NCBI GenBank assembly: GCA_038230375.1
Contig: JBBRNJ010000002.1
Location: 170,016-234,015 of the forward strand
DNA: 64,000 bases
Direction: 5' to 3'
Source: Polyangiales bacterium
GTDB taxonomy: Bacteria > Myxococcota_A > Polyangia > Polyangiales > Polyangiaceae
The notes under the pieces: generated by a model
Seen by the model: only the letters and a program-made list of their open reading frames with translations
What the model was told of the DNA's origin: nothing
Database searches by the model: none
Shown here: positions 21,409 to 29,406 of the stretch, piece by piece
Numbering within the stretch: the first letter of the stretch is position 1
Layout: each line of letters begins with the position of its first letter
Program-made: the position numbers and the translations under genes

Positions 21409-23748
21409 ATGCGCCTCTTCGAGATCTTCGTCGAACAGAAATCCCCCCTGCGTGAGCCCGCTCCCGAGCTCGCGCCCCCGTCGGGTCCCGTAAGGATCCG
21501 CAAGGCGACGCCCGAGGTCTTCGACCTCTTCGTCAACGGCGCCAATGTCACGGCGCGCATCGCCGAGAGCGAAGGGACCTGCGTCCTTCGTGACCTCGCC
21601 CATGCCGTGGCAGACCTTGGACGCGCGCCGCGGAAGAAGCGGCTCGTGCGCTTCTACGACGACGCGTGCGAGCTCGCGATCGAGCGCATCGGCGACGAGG
21701 CATCCCTCAGCGTCTATCGCACCGGCAGCGTGCCGGACGTGATGCTGTATGATACACGCGTTCCGTTCGCGGACGTGTATGCGAGCGTGCGTGAGGCCGT
21801 GCTGCGCGCGCTGGACAAGACGCCGCTGTCTGCGGTGCTGGAGATCGAGCTCGCTGACGCGCGCGCGCTTCTGGCGGCGGACCCGGTAGCCTCCGGTCCG
21901 CTGCGTGACGAGACGGTGCTCGTGTCCACCGAGATCGATCGCGGCGCGCCCATCGCGCTGTCGGCAGAGTTCCCGATGCGCGCCGTTGGCGGCGTGACGG
22001 AGGACCAGTCGGTGGAGCGGACCGACCTGCATGCGCTGCTCTTCCGCGGTCGCGTGCGCGCAGAGGTCCGTGGTCGCTCCGTAGATCTGGGGGAGGGAAT
22101 GCCCTTCTTCTTCGCGGAGAAGTTCGCGGCGCTCGCGCAGGGCCTCTTGACGTCGTGGGAGCACGGCCAGGCGTTGCATCAGCGGGTCGAGACCGGCGGC
22201 TACCTGCTCGGCCTGCGCTCCACGTCCGAGGGCGCAGTCGCGCTGACGCTGGGAACCGCGCGCGGCGCGCATCTCTTCGGCGCTGGCAGCTCGTTCCGCG
22301 ACCGTAGCGTGGTCACGTTCCCCGCGCTGTCCGTGCTGGACGTGGTGGAGGCGGCGCTCTCCTTCGGCCGCAACCTGGTCCGCGCGATCGTCCGGCGCGA
22401 TCGCTGTCATGCAAAGAACCTGCGCATTTCCGCGTTCAAGAAGAGCCTGCGCGAGATCTCCGACGCCGTGCGCGAAGTGCGCCTCGAGGACGAGATGGTG
22501 AACCACGCGCCCGAGTCCTACCGCGCGTTCTCACGCACGACGGTGTCCGAGGCCGCGCCGCCGAGCAGCGTTCCTCAACGCCTGATTTACACCCAGAAGT
22601 GGCGCGCGCTTGTCCCCGGGATCGATCTGCGCTCCACGTTCCTCTGCGGTGAGCGGCTCGTCGTCGGCGGCACCAATCAGACCTATTGCCTTGGGCGCTC
22701 CACCGGCGAGGTGCTGTGGCGCAAGCAGACCGAGCGAGCGACCAGCGTCGTCACGCCCGGCGGCGTCGCGCGCATCACGCCCGACGGCGCGGTCTCCATC
22801 CACGACCTTGGCACGGGCGATGTCACGCTCCGGACCTGGATCGCGCCGCGCGTCGGCGGTCCCTGCGCTGGTGCTGTCGTCAACGCACACGGCCTGCCAC
22901 GGCTCCTCATCGTGACCGAAGGCGAGCGGCACCTGGTCGCGCTCGATCTCCTCTCGGGCGAGGTTCGGTGGCGACACGCGTGGGGTCGTCGCGGTGCGCT
23001 GCGCCTCAAGCGCTCCGGCAAGATGCTCTACGTCGCGAGCGGCGACAGTGCGCTCACCGCGCTGGACGTCGTCACTGGGCTGCCGATCTGGCGAGTCCGC
23101 GATCGCCTCCGCTTCCGCTCCACGCCCACGCTCACGGACGACGGCCTCTACGCCGTGGCCGGCGGCGCAGGTGGTCGCGCGAGCCTCCTCTCCATGGACC
23201 CGTTCGCGGGCACCCGTCGCTTCGAGAAGGTGCTCGAGGGTGGCCGCGCGTGCACGATCGAGGGTCCGCCGCTCGTCGCTGGCAAGACCGTCGCAGTGCT
23301 GGTCCGTGAGCGTCACGGTCTGGTGATGGTCGGGATCGATCGCGAGACGGGCGAGACACGCTGGCGTCGCGAGCCCGCCGTTGCGCCGATCGGTACCTCG
23401 TGGCTCCCCGTGGACGACCTCTTCATCGGCAACACGCCGAGCGGTGAGCTCCTCGCGGTCGGCGCCGAGGCGGGCGACGTTCGGTATCGCTACGCCGTCG
23501 GCGGTCCGCTGGATTCGGACACGCCGCGTCGCCTGGAGCCGGTGCTGCGGTCCGGTGCGCTCTACGTTCCGCACGCCGATGTGCACGTGTTCCGCCCCAG
23601 CGACGGGAAGAAGATCGGCACCATCGGACCGTGCGATCTGATCCCGGATTTCGTCCGCGTGGACGAGCGCTGCGACGTCTACGTCGCCGAAGAGAGCGGC
23701 CACATGGCTGCATGGGGCAGCGGCCCGCGCCTCTCGCTCGTCAGGTAG
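21409..23748 (+). CDS. PQQ-like beta-propeller repeat protein with unknown N-terminal domain
   Basis: Repeated ALD..TGE..W motifs in the C-half; no signal peptide seen. Confidence 0.82.
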   Translation: MRLFEIFVEQKSPLREPAPELAPPSGPVRIRKATPEVFDLFVNGANVTARIAESEGTCVLRDLAHAVADLGRAPRKKRLVRFYDDACELAIERIGDEASLSVYRTGSVPDVMLYDTRVPFADVYASVREAVLRALDKTPLSAVLEIELADARALLAADPVASGPLRDETVLVSTEIDRGAPIALSAEFPMRAVGGVTEDQSVERTDLHALLFRGRVRAEVRGRSVDLGEGMPFFFAEKFAALAQGLLTSWEHGQALHQRVETGGYLLGLRSTSEGAVALTLGTARGAHLFGAGSSFRDRSVVTFPALSVLDVVEAALSFGRNLVRAIVRRDRCHAKNLRISAFKKSLREISDAVREVRLEDEMVNHAPESYRAFSRTTVSEAAPPSSVPQRLIYTQKWRALVPGIDLRSTFLCGERLVVGGTNQTYCLGRSTGEVLWRKQTERATSVVTPGGVARITPDGAVSIHDLGTGDVTLRTWIAPRVGGPCAGAVVNAHGLPRLLIVTEGERHLVALDLLSGEVRWRHAWGRRGALRLKRSGKMLYVASGDSALTALDVVTGLPIWRVRDRLRFRSTPTLTDDGLYAVAGGAGGRASLLSMDPFAGTRRFEKVLEGGRACTIEGPPLVAGKTVAVLVRERHGLVMVGIDRETGETRWRREPAVAPIGTSWLPVDDLFIGNTPSGELLAVGAEAGDVRYRYAVGGPLDSDTPRRLEPVLRSGALYVPHADVHVFRPSDGKKIGTIGPCDLIPDFVRVDERCDVYVAEESGHMAAWGSGPRLSLVR

Positions 23749-23752
23749 AGAG

Positions 23753-24967
23753 TCAGATCTTCGCCTTCGGGTCGGTCTTCTTGGTTCCGCCCAGTAGACC
23801 GATGACGAAGAGCGCGGCGAGGAAACCTGCGACCGACGCTGCTACCGACTGCTGCATGCGGTCGTGCAGCCACGCGTAGGTGCCCGTGCCCCAGAGGGCC
23901 CAACCTATTCCGGAGGCCGCTGCGGCGCCGAGGAGCGCGCGGAAGACGCTGCTCGCGCGATAGACCAGGAACGTGGGCAGCACTCCGAACACGCCCAGCG
24001 CCATCGGCAGGATGAGATGCGTTCGCGTCCCCAGGACGGGTATGACGGTGCCGTGCTCCATCAGGACGTGTGCGCCTTGCGTGAGCGCGTAGCCGGCGCC
24101 CGTGGCGAACGCAAAGAAGATGAAGGTGTAGCCAAAGCCCGCAAGGCCGTCCGTGACGTTCACGCGCCCCTTCGACTTGACCTTGGTCTCCTTGTCGAGC
24201 TTCTGGAGCTTGTCGCGTGCCTCCTGTTCCGTGGGCAGGGCGCCCGGCTTCGGCGCCGTGGACGTGCCGCCGCTTCCCGAGGCCATGGGCCTGGCGGCCG
24301 CGACGTCGCCTGGCTTCAGCGGGCCCGATTGGCCGTCGCCGAAGACGCTCGCGCGATCGCCCGGGTCCGAGCTCTGTCGCGTTGCCAGGCGCAGGCCGAG
24401 CTGCATCGCCTTGCGCGTGAGCGCCTGATCGTCCGCTTCGGGGAGGCCCGCTGCGCGCAACTTCAAGAGGTGGCGCACGCAGCCCAGCTCCGCCATGGCG
24501 CGGTCGAACTCGGGTGAGTCGGCCGCGGGCGAGTCGGGCGCGCCGATCAGGTTTGCGCCACGCGCGACCGTGCGGTACCAGACGTCGGCCTTCGATGAGT
24601 CCTTACCGTAGTGCACGCCGAGCTCGTACAGGTTGCCCAGGTACACGCGCGCCGCGGCGTGCCCCGCATCCGCCGCCGTGCGCAGGTGCGCGACGCCGGT
24701 CTTCAGGTCCTGCGGCACCACGCCGCCGGCCAGGTAGAACAGGGCTACTGCGTTGTGCGCCTCGGCATCACCGAGCTCCGCGGCGACCTCGTAGGCTTGA
24801 AGGCACGCGCGCAGGTCCTTGGTCGCGCCGTCACCCGTGCGGTGTGCCTTTGCGAGCGCCAGCAAGCCCGCGACGTCCCCTGCTTCGCGCAGCGAGTCGA
24901 GCTCGGACAGTGCCTCCTCGGCGCTGGCCGCGTCCGCGCTCTCTCTTCGGTCAGGGCGCTCGGACAT
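23753..24967 (-). CDS. Sel1-repeat protein with C-terminal TM helices
   Basis: AAELGDAEAHNAVALFY, AADAGHAAARVYLGNLYELG and KADVWYR repeats; 3-4 C-terminal hydrophobic helices; overlaps the srfC-like stop by 17 bp. Confidence 0.85.
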   Translation of the reverse strand: MSERPDRRESADAASAEEALSELDSLREAGDVAGLLALAKAHRTGDGATKDLRACLQAYEVAAELGDAEAHNAVALFYLAGGVVPQDLKTGVAHLRTAADAGHAAARVYLGNLYELGVHYGKDSSKADVWYRTVARGANLIGAPDSPAADSPEFDRAMAELGCVRHLLKLRAAGLPEADDQALTRKAMQLGLRLATRQSSDPGDRASVFGDGQSGPLKPGDVAAARPMASGSGGTSTAPKPGALPTEQEARDKLQKLDKETKVKSKGRVNVTDGLAGFGYTFIFFAFATGAGYALTQGAHVLMEHGTVIPVLGTRTHLILPMALGVFGVLPTFLVYRASSVFRALLGAAAASGIGWALWGTGTYAWLHDRMQQSVAASVAGFLAALFVIGLLGGTKKTDPKAKI

Positions 24968-27473
24968 CGTTCTGTTCGACGATGGCGAGCGTCTGCAAGA
25001 GGCGCATGACGCGCGGATCGTCAGGCGCCGCCTTCAGGTTCTTGTCCGCGCTCTGCACGTAGAAGTCGGCCAGGTACTTCGACCAGTGGCGGAAGTAGCG
25101 ATTTCCCGCGAAGACAATCTCCAGTGCGGGCGCCTTCGCGTTCTCTGCGTCGCTGAAGTCGACGTCGCTCCAATCCACCGTGGCGGCGGTCTCCTCCGCG
25201 CGCTCCGCGAAGCTCAGGCGAACCGGTGCGGTCGGCGTGCTGCGCTCGCGGTCCTGGAACAGGTTCAAGAGCCCGTCGCAGATCTTCACCTGCAGGATCT
25301 GAGCGATGATCTTGGGGTTCACTTCCACGCGAGAAAAATAGGGGAAAATCGCGTTGCCGAGGACCGGCAAGAGCAGCTTGGACGTGCACACGCGCGAGAT
25401 GAACACCTCGACCTGCGCGGCGGGTAGCTGCGACGTCCCTTGCCTGAAGCGCTCGATCGCGCGCTTCTGCCACCAGCGAAGAATGTGCGAGAGGAGCCGC
25501 TTGACCTTGTCGCTCGCCTTGATGCTCATCTCGGCGACGGTCGCGAGCACGCTCTCGACCTCGCGCAGGACCTCTTCCTCCGGCATCACGACCAGGCCAA
25601 GGAGCTCTCCGAAGACCTGGCCGGACGCGCGCCGCATCATCTCTGCGTTGACCGCGTTCGTGAGGCCCTTCGCGTCGTCGAGCAGTCGCGCGCGCGCCTC
25701 GGCCTCGTCGCGTGACGGCGTGAGCGCCTTCAGCACCGCGAGCAGCTCGGAGCGGATGGCGCGGGCCTCGCGCGCGAGCTCGTCGGCCTTCACGTCCACC
25801 GCGACCTTGTCGCGCAGCGCGGATGCCAAAAGCGGGATGCCGCTCTTCGGCAGGCCGGTGGTGTCGTAGCCCTCCACGGCGTCCCACTTCTCTTCCTTCT
25901 TCGCGAAGTAGCGGGACACCGCGCCGGACACGAAGTAGCCCTGCTTCACCTGCTCGTAGTCGGGCTCGCCGGGCTTGAGCGTCTGCATCTGGTCCGCGTA
26001 CGGGTTCCGGATCCAGAACAGGTTCTGGAACGGCTTTCCACGCCCACCCCAGTTGCCCGTCCACGACGTGGAGGAGCGCGACCAGAAATCGATGCATGCA
26101 TCCTGCACGCGTGAGTCCCAGCGATCCTTCGCGTTGTCGCTGCGCAGCGTGCCCAGGCTCATGTCGAACTTGGTGAGCGCCAGGAAGAGGCTCGGTGAGT
26201 CCACCTCTTCGCGCGCCTGGGGAGACACGTCGCCGAACCGGATCTTGAGCCAGTTCTCGACCTGCGACTGCAGCTGGATGGCCTCTGGCTTGGTGGGCCC
26301 AGGCGAGCAGAGGAGGAGGACCGTGATCTCGCGGTCGAGCGCGTACTGCTCGAAGAGGAAGGTGAGCTTGCCGCGCTTGTAGACCTCGATGGCGTGCTCC
26401 AGCTTTCCGGTGGAGAGCTCCTTCTGGCCGAATCCGTTGATGCCCTTCAGCGCACGCCCGCCCGGAAAATCCAGGAGATCGGCGCGCTCGAGCAGGCTGC
26501 CCGGCGGCGCCACGAGCGGGAGATGGATCTCCGAGATGAGGGCGGAGAGCACGCCGGGATCGATCGCGACCTCGCGGCCGCTCACGGACTCGAACACGCG
26601 CACCACGTCACGCGCGACGCCGATGCTGTTGAGGCACGACGCATCCAGGATGCTCGCGCGGTCGCTGGCGGCGCGCACGTCCTCCGCGGACGCCTCCACG
26701 ATCTCCGCGTGGCCCACGCTGTCCAGCCCGGCGACGAGCTTCTGCATGAGCATGTCCATGTCGGGCGCATGAGCCACCCCACCTGACGACGCACCCCAAA
26801 GGAGCGAGAAGATGAGCATCCACCCGCTCACCGACTTCACGTCTGCCTTCCATGCGCCCTTCATGAAGCCGTCGTGGCGGCGCAGCTCGTTAAGGTATGG
26901 GTGGCGATCCTGGTACTTCTTCACCAGATCGTGGAAGCACGCGTCCCACGCAGCTTTGAAGACGGGCGCCGCGGGTGCGCCGGCCTGCATCTTCGCGTCA
27001 CGCAGTACGCGATCGATCGTGTCCGTGGCCAGGCTGGGCGACGTGCACTCCACCAGGAAGCCCGTGGCCATGGACTCGAGCACGACCTCGAGCGACAGGA
27101 GGCGGCACTCGAAGTCACCCTTCTTCACCTGCGGCGCGTGCGAGGAGAAGCGCGTGACGACGCCGGTGGACTCCACGCCCTTGGCCGGGTTGACCTCCTT
27201 CAAGAAGTCGAGCTTCTTGCCGCGTCCGAGCACGCTCAGGCTGCCAGTCTCGTGCGAGAGCAGCGCGCCGACAAGGAACGACTTGCCCGCCTGCGATGGA
27301 CCAAAGAGGCCCACCGCCTGCGGACGACCCCACGCGCGCCGCAGCTTCCGCATGCGGATGTCCAGATCGCGGAGCGTCGCGACCTCTGGGAGGGACTCGC
27401 CAGCATCGGTCTCGAGCGCGCTCTGGAGCGCGTTCGTGATCGCATCGCCTAGGATCTGGATGGGGTGGCTCAT
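24951..27473 (-). CDS. srfC: SrfC-family P-loop GTPase (dynamin-like)
   Basis: G1 GPSQAGKS, ESTGVVTRF, G3 DLLDFPG, KRGKLTFLFEQY, G4 LTKFD and FQNLFWIRNP; in an operon with srfB. Confidence 0.82.
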   Translation of the reverse strand: MSHPIQILGDAITNALQSALETDAGESLPEVATLRDLDIRMRKLRRAWGRPQAVGLFGPSQAGKSFLVGALLSHETGSLSVLGRGKKLDFLKEVNPAKGVESTGVVTRFSSHAPQVKKGDFECRLLSLEVVLESMATGFLVECTSPSLATDTIDRVLRDAKMQAGAPAAPVFKAAWDACFHDLVKKYQDRHPYLNELRRHDGFMKGAWKADVKSVSGWMLIFSLLWGASSGGVAHAPDMDMLMQKLVAGLDSVGHAEIVEASAEDVRAASDRASILDASCLNSIGVARDVVRVFESVSGREVAIDPGVLSALISEIHLPLVAPPGSLLERADLLDFPGGRALKGINGFGQKELSTGKLEHAIEVYKRGKLTFLFEQYALDREITVLLLCSPGPTKPEAIQLQSQVENWLKIRFGDVSPQAREEVDSPSLFLALTKFDMSLGTLRSDNAKDRWDSRVQDACIDFWSRSSTSWTGNWGGRGKPFQNLFWIRNPYADQMQTLKPGEPDYEQVKQGYFVSGAVSRYFAKKEEKWDAVEGYDTTGLPKSGIPLLASALRDKVAVDVKADELAREARAIRSELLAVLKALTPSRDEAEARARLLDDAKGLTNAVNAEMMRRASGQVFGELLGLVVMPEEEVLREVESVLATVAEMSIKASDKVKRLLSHILRWWQKRAIERFRQGTSQLPAAQVEVFISRVCTSKLLLPVLGNAIFPYFSRVEVNPKIIAQILQVKICDGLLNLFQDRERSTPTAPVRLSFAERAEETAATVDWSDVDFSDAENAKAPALEIVFAGNRYFRHWSKYLADFYVQSADKNLKAAPDDPRVMRLLQTLAIVEQNDVRAP

Positions 27474-27502
27474 GATCTGTTGCTGCTGTTCAATCGGCTC
27501 GC

Positions 27503-28741
27503 TCAGAAGCCGTGCCAGGCGCCCTTGCTGTCCTTGTATTCTACACGGACGCCGTCGTACGTGTTTCCCTTGCCCAGGTAGACGTCGAAGCGGTGGCCCT
27601 TCTGCACGGTGCGGGAGACCTTCCCCCAGCCGTTGGTGATGCGCCACTCGGTCGCTTGCGGGTGGACGTGCACGCGGTGCGGTCCGCCCTTCTGCCCGCC
27701 GGCAGGTCCGGTCTGGGTCTTCTTGCCGCCGCCACCACCGCCACCACCACCGCCGGAGCCACCACCGCCGCCGCCGCTTCCGTCGTCGTCGTCGTCCAGG
27801 TCCTCGTCGTCGTCGTCGTCGTCGGGGCCTGCGTCCTTGCCGCCGTCCTTGCCCGCGTCTGCGCCTGCGTCCTTGCCGGCATCGCCTGCATCAGCGCTGG
27901 CGTCTCCGGCGTCCTTGCTGGCATCGCCTGCGTCTGCACTCGCGTCGGCTCCGGCCTCTGCGTCGCCTGCTGCGCCATCGGCCGCTCCATCTGCAGGTCC
28001 GTCGAGCTGCGCGTCTGCGCTCGCGTCGGAGAGCGCCGCCACATTCTCTGCCTCGCACGCCTTCAGCAAGTACAGGATGAGCAGCAGGATGCCGATGAAG
28101 AGCGCAATGAGGAGGAGCCAGATCCAGAACGGACGCTTCTTGTCGTCCTTCTCTTCCTTCTTCTTCTTGTCGTCTTCCGCTTTCTTGGCGGCGTTCTCGT
28201 CCTTGCCCGCGGCGTTGGCGTCCTTGCCTGCGGCGGCGGCCTTCGCGGCCGCGAGCGTTGCTGCGCCCGCCATGGCCTTGCCGAAGCGATCCCACCCGAA
28301 GACGAACTCCTGGTAGCCGGTGAGCGCGCGCGGCGTGGCGCCCCAGTTCACCGCGAAGATCTTCTTCGTGGCCGCGTCGTAGAAGTAGTGGCCGCCAAGG
28401 TCCGCTTCGATCGAGGGGACGGTGAACGCCTCCCTGTACTGGTGGTAGCCGGACGACTCCTTGCGGAACTCGTCTGCCACGCGCGAGAGCGCCTCGCCGA
28501 ACTCCTGGGTCGCCTTCTCGACGTCCTCTGGATGCTTCTCGCGCGCCTCTGCGAACGGCATGAGTCGCGCAACATCCCAGGTCACGCTCGTGGGCAGGCT
28601 CTCTGAACCCTCGGTCTCGGGGATGAGCAGGCGCCCATCCATGAACTTCGGCTCGTTGAGATCGCGCGCGAGCTTCCAGATGGAAACGCCGCCCACGAGG
28701 TTAGGAAGCCAGGTGGTTCCTTTTTCAGTAGCTCCGCTCAC
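27503..28741 (-). CDS. SrfA-like single-pass membrane protein with low-complexity C-terminal linker
   Basis: N-terminal domain ending IFAVNWG, TM WIWLLLIALFIGILLLILYLL, DAG repeats, poly-D/poly-G and a small C-terminal beta domain. Confidence 0.6.
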   Translation of the reverse strand: MSGATEKGTTWLPNLVGGVSIWKLARDLNEPKFMDGRLLIPETEGSESLPTSVTWDVARLMPFAEAREKHPEDVEKATQEFGEALSRVADEFRKESSGYHQYREAFTVPSIEADLGGHYFYDAATKKIFAVNWGATPRALTGYQEFVFGWDRFGKAMAGAATLAAAKAAAAGKDANAAGKDENAAKKAEDDKKKKEEKDDKKRPFWIWLLLIALFIGILLLILYLLKACEAENVAALSDASADAQLDGPADGAADGAAGDAEAGADASADAGDASKDAGDASADAGDAGKDAGADAGKDGGKDAGPDDDDDDEDLDDDDDGSGGGGGGSGGGGGGGGGGKKTQTGPAGGQKGGPHRVHVHPQATEWRITNGWGKVSRTVQKGHRFDVYLGKGNTYDGVRVEYKDSKGAWHGF

Positions 28742-29406
28742 GTGAGAACCCTCGCTTTGGTGCGGACCATCCCGGTCGCTTGTATTCTACACAGGAACGT
28801 GCGGACCTCGCGGATCGGGCCGCCTTGTCCGCTGTGGCGATCCCGCTCGTGCACGTTGGAGTCGAACGTGGACAGGTGGTCCACGCTCTCGAAGCGAAGG
28901 CGTGGCAGCTCTGACGAGAGCAGCGTGGCCAGGATGGGCGCCGACGTGGTCCGGAGCTGTGGCTCGAGCCCGCGCGCGAATGCGTAGAACGCGCGGCTCA
29001 CCTCCAGGCCGACGGCCACGCGCGCCTCCTCTTCACCGCTGGTGCGGAAGTAGAAGTTCACGGCGGCCGCAAACGTGAGCGCCTCGTCGGAGGTGGCCAT
29101 GGTCGCGCTCATCTCGCCGAAGAGCAGGCGCAGGGGATAGCCCTTGTCGCTCGGGTTCGCGTGCAGGATGCTCTCGTCCAGGACATCGGCCAGCGACCAC
29201 CGCTCGAGCAGCGCGTTGCCCACGCTGCCAGACTTGTGGTCGTGGGCAGGCTTCTCGCTCGCGGGAGCGCGATCGGAGTGCGGTGTGGCTTCCGCGGTGG
29301 GTGCCAGTGCGGCGAGCTTGGCGCCGAGCGCATCCGCGTCCACGCTCGCGCGTAGTGCAGAAAACAGCTTCTCCGTGAGCTCCTCGTTCGTGCGCGCGTT
29401 TCTCAC
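28738..29406 (-). CDS. Hypothetical protein with GrpE-like C-terminal domain
   Basis: GTG start overlaps the srfB stop (GTGA) with an AAGGAG RBS; C-terminus FDSNVHE...PIREV.....IQATGMVRTKARVLT resembles the GrpE head. Confidence 0.62.
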   Translation of the reverse strand: MRNARTNEELTEKLFSALRASVDADALGAKLAALAPTAEATPHSDRAPASEKPAHDHKSGSVGNALLERWSLADVLDESILHANPSDKGYPLRLLFGEMSATMATSDEALTFAAAVNFYFRTSGEEEARVAVGLEVSRAFYAFARGLEPQLRTTSAPILATLLSSELPRLRFESVDHLSTFDSNVHERDRHSGQGGPIREVRTFLCRIQATGMVRTKARVLT

